Assembly (NCBI GenBank): GCA_003563915.1 | Contig: PWTE01000261.1 | Span: 29,200 to 93,199 of the forward strand | From: Nitriliruptoraceae bacterium | GTDB taxonomy: Bacteria; Actinomycetota; Nitriliruptoria; Nitriliruptorales; Nitriliruptoraceae | Direction: 5' to 3' | Length of the DNA stretch: 64,000 nt | In this document: piece by piece, positions 17,798-26,900 of the stretch | Layout of the letters: every line of letters begins with the position of its first letter | Position numbering within the stretch: position 1 is the stretch's first letter | Translations under genes and position numbers: made by a program | The notes under the pieces: generated by a model | What the model saw: the letters and a program-made list of their open reading frames with translations, nothing else | The model's database searches: none | Told to the model about the DNA's origin: nothing

Positions 17798-20572
17798 CTA
17801 CAGCTCGCGGCGGGCAGCCTGTGCGGCGAGATCGGCGCGTCCGCCGACCTCCACCTTGGTGTAGACGTGGCTCAGGTGCTTCTTGACCGTGTTGACGCTG
17901 ACGAACAGGCGCTGACCGATCTCGGCGTTGGTGTGGCCGTCGGCGACCAGGCGTACGACGTCACGTTCCGTGGGCGTGAGTGCCCCCCAGCCGGTCTGCG
18001 GGCGTTGACGCTCGCCCCGACCTCGACGGGCATAGGCGACCGCGTCGGCCAGAGACAGTTCGCCGCCGGCATCCCAGCAGGCGATCGCGTCGGTGGGGTG
18101 CAGCGCGGTACACGTGGTGTCACGGAGACGAACGGATCGTTCGGCCTGCACCGGAGAACGGGCGATGCCCGACTCGCTGTGGAACCGCTCAGAGGCGGCG
18201 AGCAGTCGCAGCGAGCGCTCGGGCTCACCGAGGGCTGAGGCCAACTCGGCGATCGACTCCAGCGCGATGGCGGTCCCGACCCGGTCGCCGCAGCCGCCGA
18301 GGACCTCGAGGCTGTCGTGAGCCAACTCCCACGCCTGGTCGAGGTCCCCGTCCTCGTTGGCCAGCTGCGCGAGACCCAGCGTCGCCCGACCCAGTGGGAA
18401 CGGCAGCCGTGGGTCGATCGCCAGCGCGCGACCGGCCTCCAGATGCCCCCGCGCGTCGTCGTGACGTTGTTGGAGGTGTGCGAACGTGCCCAGCAGCCAC
18501 TCACCGTTGGCTTCGTCCCAGTGGTCGCCGCTCCCACGACCGCTCTGCACGAGCTCTTCGGCGGTAGCCCGAGCGGTAGCCAGATCGCCGGAGGCGTAGG
18601 CCGCCAACGCGAGCCAGGGACGCAACCACATCTCGTACTGGGACCCTCCGAGGGCTCGTGCCCGCAACACCGCCTGCGCCTCCGACAGCCAACCCTGTGC
18701 CCGACCGTGGTCGCCCTGCAGGATGTCGGCCGCTCCCAGACCGGCGAGTCCCATCGCCTCCCACCCGGGTCGTCCGACCTGCCGGGCGACCTCGACGGCC
18801 TGTCGAGCGTGATGACGTGTCCACTCCAGCTCGCCGGACCACACCGACCCCAACCCGAGGACCGCATGGACGGCGGGCCGATGGAAGGCGACGTCGGCGG
18901 TTTCGCACACCTCGATCGCCTGCTCGAGCGGACGGCACCCAGCGTCGATCGACCGGCTGCGAAGCAACGTCCATCCGGCGAGCGCCAGGACGTGGACGTG
19001 GGTCGCGGCATCCCTGCACTGCTCGGCCTGCGCGACCGCTTCCTCGACGTCGGCGTCCACCTGCTCGCTGTTCGCGAGGCCCGACACGGCTCCCGCCTGG
19101 GCCCGGATGATCAACCCGTGAGCGAGTCCACCGCTCGTATCGACGGCGCGTGCCGCGTCGACCGCCTGACTCGCCGACCGATAGGCGCTGACAGGTTCAC
19201 TGTCGCGGAGGGCCAGGAGCGCCGAGGTCACCAGTCCGCGCACGCGTTCGTCGTCGGGGGCGTCCGGCGCACCCGCGGCGTCCTGCAGACGTCGGTACGC
19301 CTCTCGGGACAGTCCCTGCTCGAACCAGAAGCGGAAGATCGGCGCGGTGAGATCCACCAGTGCTGACAGGTCCTCGGACTCCGCCGCCCAGTCCATCGCG
19401 GCCCGCAGATCATCGAGATCAGCGGTCAGACGCGCCATCCACACCTCGGGGTATCCACCGGCCAGACCCGCCTCCGCCCGCTCCGCCAGCCCGATGTGGA
19501 AGGCTAGATGGCGGGCGCGCACCCGGGCGGGGTCGTCGAGTTCGGGGAGCCGCTGACGGGCATACACGCGGATCGTCTCCAACAGCCGGTAGCGGGCCCG
19601 CCCATGGCGCTCGACGACCTCCACCAGCGACTGCTCGACCAGCCCACCGACCAGATCGAGCACCTCGCCACGACCGATGCCGTCGTCGCCAACGACCACC
19701 TCGGCAGCGTCGAGTTCGAACGAACCGGCGAACACCGACAGGCGCGCCAAGGCCACCCGCTGCTCATCATCGAGCAGGTCGTAGCTCCAACCCAGGGACG
19801 CCTGCAGCGTCTGCTGCCGTGCCGGCGCCCCCCGCACCCCGCCGGTCAGCAGCCCGAAGCGGTCCGACAAGCCCTCGGCGATCTGACCGGGTGACAGCAT
19901 CCGGATCCTGGCCGCCGCCAACTCGATCGCCAACGGGATCCCATCCAGTCGTCGACAGATCTCCGCGACAGCCGCCGCGTTCGCGTCGTCGATCCGGAAG
20001 TCCGCGGCCACCTGCCGGGCCCGCACCTCGAACAGCCGCGCCGCATCCGTAGCCACGACCGGGCTGGCAGCCCCGGTATCGGTGCCGGGTATCGGCAACG
20101 GCGGGACCTCGAACGTCACCTCACCCTCGATGACCAGGGGCACGCGGCTGGTCGCCATCACGTGCAGATGTGGGCACACCGACGACAACCCGGCGACCAG
20201 TCGCGCGCACGCCTCGACCAGATGCTCGCAGTTGTCGAGCACCACCAGCAGATCCCGTGCCCGGAGATGCTCACCGAGCGTGTCGACCAGCGTCTGGCCG
20301 GGTCGTTCACGCACCCCCAGCGCCGTGGCGACGGCCGCCGCAACCATCGGAGGATCACTCACCCCCTGCAGATCCACCCACCAGGCCCCATCGGCGAAGC
20401 GCGACGAAAGTTCCCCCGCGACCTCCACCGCGAGTCGGGTCTTCCCGCAGCCCCCAGAACCGGTCAAGGTCACCAGCCGAGCCTCCGTGAGCAGCTCAGC
20501 CAACTTCGCGCGTTCGCGCCCACGGCCGACCAACGCCGCAACCCCTACCGGCAGCCCGTCGCGCATGCCCAT
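17798..20572 (-). CDS. Large ATP-binding LuxR-family regulator (AAA/NB-ARC-like P-loop + TPR-like repeats + C-terminal LuxR HTH)
   Basis: 924 aa. GSGGCGKTRLA is the Walker A motif. A long helical repeat region follows, then the C-terminal LTPTERDVVRLVADGHTNAEIGQRLFVSVNTVKKHLSHVYTKV. Confidence 0.85.
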   Translation of the reverse strand: MGMRDGLPVGVAALVGRGRERAKLAELLTEARLVTLTGSGGCGKTRLAVEVAGELSSRFADGAWWVDLQGVSDPPMVAAAVATALGVRERPGQTLVDTLGEHLRARDLLVVLDNCEHLVEACARLVAGLSSVCPHLHVMATSRVPLVIEGEVTFEVPPLPIPGTDTGAASPVVATDAARLFEVRARQVAADFRIDDANAAAVAEICRRLDGIPLAIELAAARIRMLSPGQIAEGLSDRFGLLTGGVRGAPARQQTLQASLGWSYDLLDDEQRVALARLSVFAGSFELDAAEVVVGDDGIGRGEVLDLVGGLVEQSLVEVVERHGRARYRLLETIRVYARQRLPELDDPARVRARHLAFHIGLAERAEAGLAGGYPEVWMARLTADLDDLRAAMDWAAESEDLSALVDLTAPIFRFWFEQGLSREAYRRLQDAAGAPDAPDDERVRGLVTSALLALRDSEPVSAYRSASQAVDAARAVDTSGGLAHGLIIRAQAGAVSGLANSEQVDADVEEAVAQAEQCRDAATHVHVLALAGWTLLRSRSIDAGCRPLEQAIEVCETADVAFHRPAVHAVLGLGSVWSGELEWTRHHARQAVEVARQVGRPGWEAMGLAGLGAADILQGDHGRAQGWLSEAQAVLRARALGGSQYEMWLRPWLALAAYASGDLATARATAEELVQSGRGSGDHWDEANGEWLLGTFAHLQQRHDDARGHLEAGRALAIDPRLPFPLGRATLGLAQLANEDGDLDQAWELAHDSLEVLGGCGDRVGTAIALESIAELASALGEPERSLRLLAASERFHSESGIARSPVQAERSVRLRDTTCTALHPTDAIACWDAGGELSLADAVAYARRGRGERQRPQTGWGALTPTERDVVRLVADGHTNAEIGQRLFVSVNTVKKHLSHVYTKVEVGGRADLAAQAARREL

Positions 20573-20929
20573 CCCGGAGCTCCCTCCGCAACACCGAGCG
20601 TATACGGGTCCCCGCCTCGCGCGCCGTCTGAGCGCCCACGCTGACGGGCTTCAGCCGACGAGGCCGAGCTGTATCGCGACCGCGGTGGGTCCGAGTAGCT
20701 GCGTTCTTCGGCGACGACCGGGCCTTCCCGATCCCAGTGCACGTCGCAGACGCTGCCCTGCAGCCCCGTGGCCCGCGCGCAACCGCCATCTCCCAGGGCG
20801 CTCAACAGCCGACGCGACGGGACCGATCCGAGTCTCGCTACCCACGCCCCTGCGCAAGCTGGGCGATCCCTACACCTCTACCTCACGTCTACTCCAGATC
20901 CTTGGGGCTGTTCCGCCACATCGTCGCTG

Positions 20930-22093
20930 CTATCGAGGGTCCTGAGGCTCGCGGCGGCTCTCGGACGCCGGGGGCACCAGTGCGACCAGCAGGGCAGGAA
21001 GGGCGGTCACCAGCAGCGCCACGGGGCGGCCAAGGTCGGTCGCCAGGACGCCGAACAGGCTCGGCCCGACGATGAACCCGGCCGCGATGAACACGAGGGC
21101 CAGGGTGAACCCGGTGGTCGGGCGATCGTGGAAGACCACCTGGCTCCACATCACCAGCAGGGCGAACCCGATCGTGAAGCCCACCCCGAACAGGCCAGCC
21201 GACCCGAGCGCGGCGACCGTCGAGCCGGGAGCGAGCAGCACCAGGGTCGATCCGCCGACCAGCACGAGCGTCACCGCCAACGGTCTGCGCAGGCCATACC
21301 GGTTGGCGATGCTGCCCCCGAAGGCGCCCACCGACGCGCCAGCGATCCCGAGGGTCGCCCACATCGCTGGACCGATCCAGCTGGCCAGGCCGGCGTCCTG
21401 GGCGGTGTCCGGCGCAGACACGAAGTAGGCGCCTGAGGTGATCGATATCCCGAGGGCGACGACCAGCATCCGCAGTGATCGGGGGTTGAGGAACCACCCC
21501 AAGCGAGGCCAACCGCGGTTGAGGACGGGACCGTCAGCGCCGGGTGCCAGCACCCGCCAGGACGCTGCGGCCGCGACGAGCCCGATCGCCGCGAACGCCC
21601 ACCACACGAGCCGCCATCGGTCTCCGGCCACCAGCAGGAGCGCGCTGGCGACCAGCAGGCCGACAGGAGAGCCGGCGTTCACCAGCGCAAGGGCACGCCG
21701 GGCCTGCGCGGCCGGAACCTTGTAGGCGGCCGCATCAGAGAACGGCGCCCACGTCCCGCCCGCGCTCGTACCCGCCGCGATGATCCCCACGGCCAGCAGG
21801 ACCGGACCAGGCGCAGACGCCGTCATGACCGCGCCGACCGCCAAGAGCAGACAGCCGGACACCACGGGCACACGAGACCCGAAACGGGCCGTGGCAACAC
21901 CGGCGACCACGATGGCCACCAGGTACCCAGCCTGCGCTGCGCTGGCGTAGAAACCCAGCACGTCCAGCGACAGATCGAACTCCTGCCGGAACCTCGGCAC
22001 GAACAACCCGTACGCCAGCCGGCCGATGCCATACGTCGCCACCAGTGCCAGCAGGCCCGCACCGCCCACACGAGAGCTCTCGCTGAAGTGCAC
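20930..22093 (-). CDS. MFS-type transporter (YbfB/YjiJ-like)
   Basis: About 12 hydrophobic segments. Start set at GTG 22093 (V66 of ORF 20930..22288) because the longer ORF would run into the tRNA gene. Confidence 0.65.
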   Translation of the reverse strand: MHFSESSRVGGAGLLALVATYGIGRLAYGLFVPRFRQEFDLSLDVLGFYASAAQAGYLVAIVVAGVATARFGSRVPVVSGCLLLAVGAVMTASAPGPVLLAVGIIAAGTSAGGTWAPFSDAAAYKVPAAQARRALALVNAGSPVGLLVASALLLVAGDRWRLVWWAFAAIGLVAAAASWRVLAPGADGPVLNRGWPRLGWFLNPRSLRMLVVALGISITSGAYFVSAPDTAQDAGLASWIGPAMWATLGIAGASVGAFGGSIANRYGLRRPLAVTLVLVGGSTLVLLAPGSTVAALGSAGLFGVGFTIGFALLVMWSQVVFHDRPTTGFTLALVFIAAGFIVGPSLFGVLATDLGRPVALLVTALPALLVALVPPASESRREPQDPR

Positions 22094-22258
22094 GGTGATC
22101 CTTCCACGGCGTCGGGCACGGGGCCGTGGGAACCCGAGGAGCGTCACCACCGGATCTGCTCGGCGAGACGCCGGGGAGGTTCCGGCCGCTGGACAACGGC
22201 GGCGTCTACCCACGTCCGTGGAGCGAGGGTTCTCACCGTTCAGGAGGTGTTTCCGAGG

Positions 22259-22345
22259 TGGTGCGCGAGGAGGGACTTGAACCCTCATGACCTTTCGGTC
22301 ACACGGCCCTCAACCGTGCGCGTCTGCCATTTCCGCCACTCGCGC
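22259..22345 (-). tRNA. tRNA-Leu (anticodon GAG), class II with long variable arm, CCA encoded
   Basis: Minus-strand read: GCGCGAG-TG-GCGGAAATGGCAGACGC-G-CACGG-TTGAGGG-CCGTG-TGACCGAAAGGTCAT-GAGGG-TTCAAGT-CCCTC-CTCGCGC-ACCA. All four stems pair, and the anticodon loop TTGAGGG gives GAG. Confidence 0.9.
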
Positions 22346-22351
22346 GAAGAG

Positions 22352-22367
22352 TGCCCTCTAGAGGGCA
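22352..22367. terminator. Perfect 16-nt palindrome between the SBP gene stop and tRNA-Leu
   Basis: tgccctctagagggca sits 6 nt upstream of the tRNA 5' end and 68 nt after the SBP stop. It could be a terminator, a processing hairpin or a protein-binding palindrome. Confidence 0.3.
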
Positions 22368-22434
22368 GCAGCCGCGGACTGTAGCCGCCTGTCCGTGGGG
22401 TCGCCAACGGGCCCGACCCCCTGTGCGGTCCCGC

Positions 22435-24126
22435 TCATGCCGGGTCGTCGAGCCACACGACCGAGAGGTCGACCCGACCGAGCGGCGACCAGTACAGATC
22501 CCGAACATCTGGTCCGACCACGACCGCGTGACGGTGCCAGAGCAGGGGCAGGACCGGTGCCTGATCGAGGATCTGGCGCTCTGCCTCGCGGTACCTCGGG
22601 GCGGCCGCGACCGCTGACGGCGCAGCACGTGCGGTGTCCAGCAACCCGTCGACCTGGTCGTCCTCGAACCGTGACAGGTTGTCCAGGCCGATCTGAGAGC
22701 TGTGGAACAGGGGGTAGAGGTACGCACCGGGGTCGGGCTCGCTGGCCTCCCACCCCAGCCAGAAGACCGGCACCTCACCGCGGCGTACGGCCAGGACGAA
22801 CGGCTGGAGATCCTCCGCCTGGAGCTCCACCTCGATCCCCAACGCCTCCTCGATATCCCCCGCCATGCTCTCGGCGATGGCCGCATGCGTGCGCCCGCGC
22901 GTGTGTGTCAGGGTCACGCTCAGTGACTCGAGGTCGATCTCTGCCTCCTCGAGCAGCTCGAGCGCCTCATCCGGCGCGTGACGACAGTGGTCACAAGCTC
23001 CCCGCTGACCGCCTGGGATCGAGGGTGGGACCAGGGAATCGGCAGCAACCCGGGTGCCCTGCATCACGTCATCCGCGAGCTTGTCGCGGTCGATGGCGAG
23101 CGAGATCGCCTGACGCACCACGGGGTCGTCGAACGGCTCCCGCGTGGTCTCGAAGCCGTACAGATAGACCGTCGACGAGATGCCCTGGAGCAGCCCGGGG
23201 CCGCGGTAGCCATCGGATGACGTCCCGAAGGTCTCCGCGGCCTCGTCCAGTCGATCAGGCGACACCTCGGCGACCTGCAGCACCCCCTCGACGAGGTCGC
23301 CCCACTGACCGTCACGCTCATCCTCGGCGTAGACCTGGAGCACCACCTCATCGAGCAGCGCTGGTGCATGGTGGTCCTCGAAGCGGACCAGACGCAGGAA
23401 CGCCCCCGGTTCGCGGGGTTCCGGCATGGCGAAGGGTCCGTTACCGATCGGCTGGGATGCGAACCGCTCGAGATCCTCGTCCGCCTGCTCGGGGAGCGGC
23501 CCGAGCGTCGGGTGTGCCAGGGTGGCCAGGAAGCCTGGGTGAGGCTCGGACAGTTCGATGACCAGGGTCCGTTCGTCCTCGACCACGATGCCAGCCAGTG
23601 GCCTCCCATCGTCCTGAGAGGCGTCGATACCTCTGACCGAGGCAAGGAGGTACGCCAGGAACGAAGGTGGGTCAGCCGTCCCGTCGGCGATGCGGTCGAA
23701 GCTGCGCTTGAAGTCCTCGGCCGTGACCGGCGAAGCGTCGTGGAAGGTCGCGTCGCGCAGTGTGAAACGGAACCGCTGGCCGTCGTCGAGGATCTCCCAT
23801 TCCTCGGCTGCGGCCGGGATGACGTTGTCACGGTCGTCGAGCCGCACCAGGGGGTCGAACAGTGCACCGACGATGCGCTCACCCGCAGCGTCCGTCACGA
23901 ACCGAGGGTCGATCGATGCCGGATCGCCGGACAGCCCCACCCGCAGGGTGCCGCCCTCACGCGGTCCCTCGGGGGCTGGCTCCTCCTCGTCAGGCTCCTC
24001 GATCGGTGCCGGCGGATCCGGTGCTGCCTCATCGACCTCGCCCTCGGGCGATGAGCAAGCAGCCAGGACGACGAGCGCCACGAGCGACGCCAGGACGCCG
24101 CGTCGCTGCCAGCCTCGCGCGATCAG
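22435..24126 (-). CDS. ABC transporter substrate-binding lipoprotein, family 5 (peptide/nickel type), no adjacent permease
   Basis: Downstream part of ORF 22435..24561. RGWQRRGVLASLVALVVLAAC is a lipoprotein signal. GGTLRVGL...DPR... is the family-5 SBP core. The start is uncertain (see finding). Confidence 0.78.
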   Translation of the reverse strand: MIARGWQRRGVLASLVALVVLAACSSPEGEVDEAAPDPPAPIEEPDEEEPAPEGPREGGTLRVGLSGDPASIDPRFVTDAAGERIVGALFDPLVRLDDRDNVIPAAAEEWEILDDGQRFRFTLRDATFHDASPVTAEDFKRSFDRIADGTADPPSFLAYLLASVRGIDASQDDGRPLAGIVVEDERTLVIELSEPHPGFLATLAHPTLGPLPEQADEDLERFASQPIGNGPFAMPEPREPGAFLRLVRFEDHHAPALLDEVVLQVYAEDERDGQWGDLVEGVLQVAEVSPDRLDEAAETFGTSSDGYRGPGLLQGISSTVYLYGFETTREPFDDPVVRQAISLAIDRDKLADDVMQGTRVAADSLVPPSIPGGQRGACDHCRHAPDEALELLEEAEIDLESLSVTLTHTRGRTHAAIAESMAGDIEEALGIEVELQAEDLQPFVLAVRRGEVPVFWLGWEASEPDPGAYLYPLFHSSQIGLDNLSRFEDDQVDGLLDTARAAPSAVAAAPRYREAERQILDQAPVLPLLWHRHAVVVGPDVRDLYWSPLGRVDLSVVWLDDPA

Positions 24127-24347
24127 AGGTAGATGACGAGGAGACAGTTGGTCACACCGAAGGCGATCGCGGCGATGACGGTGAACCTGTCCAGGTTCTT
24201 CTCGACGATGGCCGAGCCCTGCACGGCACCCACGGCGCCACCGCCGAACATGTCCGACAGCCCGCCTCCCTGCCCGCGGTGCAGCAGCACGAGCAGGATC
24301 AGGATCATGGACAGCAGGACGTGGATCGCGATCAGGACGGCGAGCAC
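24123..24347 (-). CDS. secG: Preprotein translocase subunit SecG
   Basis: 74 aa with two TM helices. The central LLHRGQGGGLSDMFGGG motif is typical of SecG. Confidence 0.85.
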   Translation of the reverse strand: MLAVLIAIHVLLSMILILLVLLHRGQGGGLSDMFGGGAVGAVQGSAIVEKNLDRFTVIAAIAFGVTNCLLVIYL

Positions 24348-24457
24348 GGCATACCTCAGCGGCGGGGATCTGAACCCGTGAGGGTAGCAGGCACGCTCCG
24401 GTGCGCTTCGCTGGTGGGTCGCGCCGCGCCTGTCCGGTCAGTCGCGGACGCGGCAAC

Positions 24458-25819
24458 TCACTCGCGGACCGACAGCCAGTACATCCGGAACCCCTCTGAG
24501 CGCTCAGCGCCGTCCGCGACCGGGGTGGCTTCCCACCGCTGCGTAAGCTGCTCGTCGACACGGATCACGGGACGTGGCTGCATGCCGAGGCCGACACGTG
24601 ATTCGGGCGCCGGACAGATCGCCTCCTCGCGGCCGCAGGCATGCAACGTGCTACGGCGGTACTCGATGGCCCGTTCGTCATCGAGCACGCGGCTCCCTGT
24701 TCGCTGGTCCGTCGCAGCCACGCTGGTGCGTCGGTACACCTCGAACGCGCGAGCATCCGAGGCCTCGAGCTCGGCTGCCTCACCCGCAACCGAGGCCGAC
24801 CAGACCAACGCCACCGCTTCGCGTTCGCGTTCGGGCCCGGCGACGATGCTCGGGACCACCATCGCGACCAGCACCGAGATCGCTGACACGGCGGCGGCCG
24901 CACCGAGTTCCACCGACCTCCGGAGATGGGTTGGCGGCGGACGGTCGTCCACGAGCACCTGAACCCGATCCACCAGGGATCCGTGGGGCGCGAACGCGGC
25001 GCACGGCGACGGCGCCTCCTCACCATGGTCCAGCACCTTGAGCAGCCCACTCGCCAGCGCCCCAGGTCGGCCGGTCGCACCGACGGCGACCTGGTCGGCG
25101 GCCAGCTCGCGTTCACGGTGGAGCTGTCGCGCCGCCCACCCGATACCGGGTACGAAGAAAGCGAGGTCGCGGATGGTCCCGAGGAACGATGCGACCGCGT
25201 TGTCCCGCCGTTTGACGTGAGCCAACTCGTGAGCGATGACCCCCTCGAGCTCATCGGTGTCGAGGCGAGCGAGCAGCTCACCATCCAGGACGACGGTCGG
25301 GGCACGACGGCCAACCACGAACGCGCCCCCGGCGATGTGGGGCACCACGGTCACGGTCGGTGCCGGGACCTCGAGCCGCTCGGCGACACGCAGGGCGATC
25401 TCCCGCACGTCACCTGGTACCTCTCCGACGGTCACGGCCCGTTCGGCACGACGGTGGGCGGCGACCCAGACCAGCGACCGTCGCGTGAACCGCACCGCGA
25501 CCACCACCGCCCAGATACCCACGAGGACCGGCACCGCCATCGGAGCGAAGTGCTGGTAGCCGTCGGCGACGGGGATCGGCAGGAGTCCGGCACCTTCGAC
25601 CGGCAGCATGACGGCCGGCAGCCGCATCTGGGTCGAGACGGCCAGCACCACGACGAGCAGGACCAGCGCGGGTGCCATGGCCGTCACGACACGCACACCG
25701 GGACTCCGCACGCCTCCACGCAGGATGAGCCGCGCCAGAGCCACGCACGCGAGGGACGCCAGGATGACCCGGACCGCGACGGACTCGACCGGGAGGCTCA
25801 GCAGGACGCCGAGATCCAC
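24458..25819 (-). CDS. BlaR1/MecR1-like M56 membrane metallopeptidase (signal-transducing antirepressor)
   Basis: GTG 25819 lies 5 nt after the blaI stop. N-terminal TM helices, HELAHVKRRD (HEXXH), a downstream ERELAAD third ligand, one more TM helix, then a C-terminal domain of about 150 aa of unknown type. Confidence 0.75.
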   Translation of the reverse strand: MDLGVLLSLPVESVAVRVILASLACVALARLILRGGVRSPGVRVVTAMAPALVLLVVVLAVSTQMRLPAVMLPVEGAGLLPIPVADGYQHFAPMAVPVLVGIWAVVVAVRFTRRSLVWVAAHRRAERAVTVGEVPGDVREIALRVAERLEVPAPTVTVVPHIAGGAFVVGRRAPTVVLDGELLARLDTDELEGVIAHELAHVKRRDNAVASFLGTIRDLAFFVPGIGWAARQLHRERELAADQVAVGATGRPGALASGLLKVLDHGEEAPSPCAAFAPHGSLVDRVQVLVDDRPPPTHLRRSVELGAAAAVSAISVLVAMVVPSIVAGPEREREAVALVWSASVAGEAAELEASDARAFEVYRRTSVAATDQRTGSRVLDDERAIEYRRSTLHACGREEAICPAPESRVGLGMQPRPVIRVDEQLTQRWEATPVADGAERSEGFRMYWLSVRE

Positions 25820-25823
25820 AGGG

Positions 25824-26225
25824 TCAGCTTTCCTGGAGTCGCCGCCGTGCGACGGCCTCGCGGAGCGCATCCAGCGAGACGCCGTCCACCTCGTCGACCG
25901 CTTCCGCCAGGTAGGCGGCTGCCGGTTCCGGGTACCGCTCCAGCAGCCACGTCAGCACATCGCCGACGGCGGACCGGGCGTAGTGCTCACGGCTGACAGC
26001 CGGGCGGTACCGGTGAGCGAGGCCCGCCGTATCGCGTTGCAGGAGCCCCTTGGACGCGAGTCGCGTCATGGTGGTCATCACCGTCGTGTAGGCGATGGTT
26101 CGGGCTTCGGCGAGTTCCCCGTGCACGTCACGGACGGTCGCGTCACCACGCCGCCACATCACCTCCATGACGTCCTGTTCCAAGGGCCCGAGCAGGCTCT
26201 CCAGTGGTTCGTTCCGTCGCGTCAC
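25824..26225 (-). CDS. blaI: BlaI/MecI/CopY-family winged-helix transcriptional repressor
   Basis: GGAGGGGAG SD precedes GTG 26225. LGPLEQDVMEVMWRRGDATVRDVH...IAYTTVMTTMTRLASKGLL matches the family signature. Confidence 0.85.
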   Translation of the reverse strand: MTRRNEPLESLLGPLEQDVMEVMWRRGDATVRDVHGELAEARTIAYTTVMTTMTRLASKGLLQRDTAGLAHRYRPAVSREHYARSAVGDVLTWLLERYPEPAAAYLAEAVDEVDGVSLDALREAVARRRLQES

Positions 26226-26360
26226 GGTGCTCCCCTCCACGCCTGGATGCCGGTGAGCGCGGACCTCTGGGTGGGTCGCGACAGGCGCTCGCGGATCCTG
26301 GACGCCAGCGTAGTGCTCGCGGCATCGGGCGTCATCCATCCGCGCGGTACGCTCGCATCG

Positions 26361-26900
26361 ATGGGCGATGACGACCTCGTGATCCACAGCTCGCTGCGGG
26401 GCTGGCTCGCGGCGATCTTCTCCCCCGCGGCTCTCCTCCTGCTGGGCGCGGCAGGGGTCATCGGCGTCGGCCTCCGGCCGATCCCGACCACGCTCCTCCT
26501 CCTCGGCTCGGGGCTGGCCGGGGTGGTCCTCCTCGACCTGCCCCGCTACAGCGTCTTCAGCCGGCGAGGGATCACGCGTGTGTGCCCGCTACGTCGTCAC
26601 TTCCTGCCCTGGCACGACGTCGTCGCGATCGAGCGCACCCGGCCGCACACAGCCACGATGCTCCGCAACGCGGTCGATCGTGGGATCGGAGAACCCCAGA
26701 TCTCGGGCGGCCTCACCGCCCGCGGGCGGGGCCGTCGCAAGTGGCTGTTGGCGGACAACCTGGAGAGCCGCGAGGAGCACCGCTCCCTGCGTGCCGTGCT
26801 CGACGACCTCGAGGTACCGGTGATGCTGCGGGCACCGGCACCGCACGCCGATGCTCCACCGACCTACCTCTACCGGCGCCGCTCGCGGGGGCGCGGCTAG
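26361..26900 (+). CDS. Hypothetical membrane protein, divergent from blaI
   Basis: ATG 26361 is in frame with ORF 25608..26900. Two hydrophobic helices are followed by a basic soluble domain that may be PH-like, but the family is not securely recognised. Confidence 0.45.
   Translation: MGDDDLVIHSSLRGWLAAIFSPAALLLLGAAGVIGVGLRPIPTTLLLLGSGLAGVVLLDLPRYSVFSRRGITRVCPLRRHFLPWHDVVAIERTRPHTATMLRNAVDRGIGEPQISGGLTARGRGRRKWLLADNLESREEHRSLRAVLDDLEVPVMLRAPAPHADAPPTYLYRRRSRGRG

Noticed and set aside
20573-20929. Small and shadow ORFs (e.g. 20545..20805 minus, 20768..21436 plus) in the LuxR-MFS intergenic region
   Set aside because: They have no SD and yield Arg/Pro/Gly-rich products. One runs antisense into the MFS gene. 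The region is treated as non-coding promoter or leader for the regulator.
22094-22288. The longer 452-aa version of the MFS ORF
   Set aside because: The extension overlaps the tRNA-Leu gene (22259-22345) and encodes Arg/Pro-rich non-membrane sequence. The start was moved to GTG 22093.
15792-22345. Genomic island integrated at tRNA-Leu(GAG)
   Set aside because: There is no integrase or recombinase gene. I found no direct repeat of the tRNA 3' end (gggacttgaaccc...) anywhere downstream. The adjacent MFS gene looks like ordinary core-type coding sequence.
26897-26900. Convergent genes (26361..26900 plus strand and the OppF-type ATPase on the minus strand) share a palindromic CTAG that provides TAG stops on both strands
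   Set aside because: The overlap is real but trivial. It is a 4-nt convergent overlap with no evident regulatory meaning.
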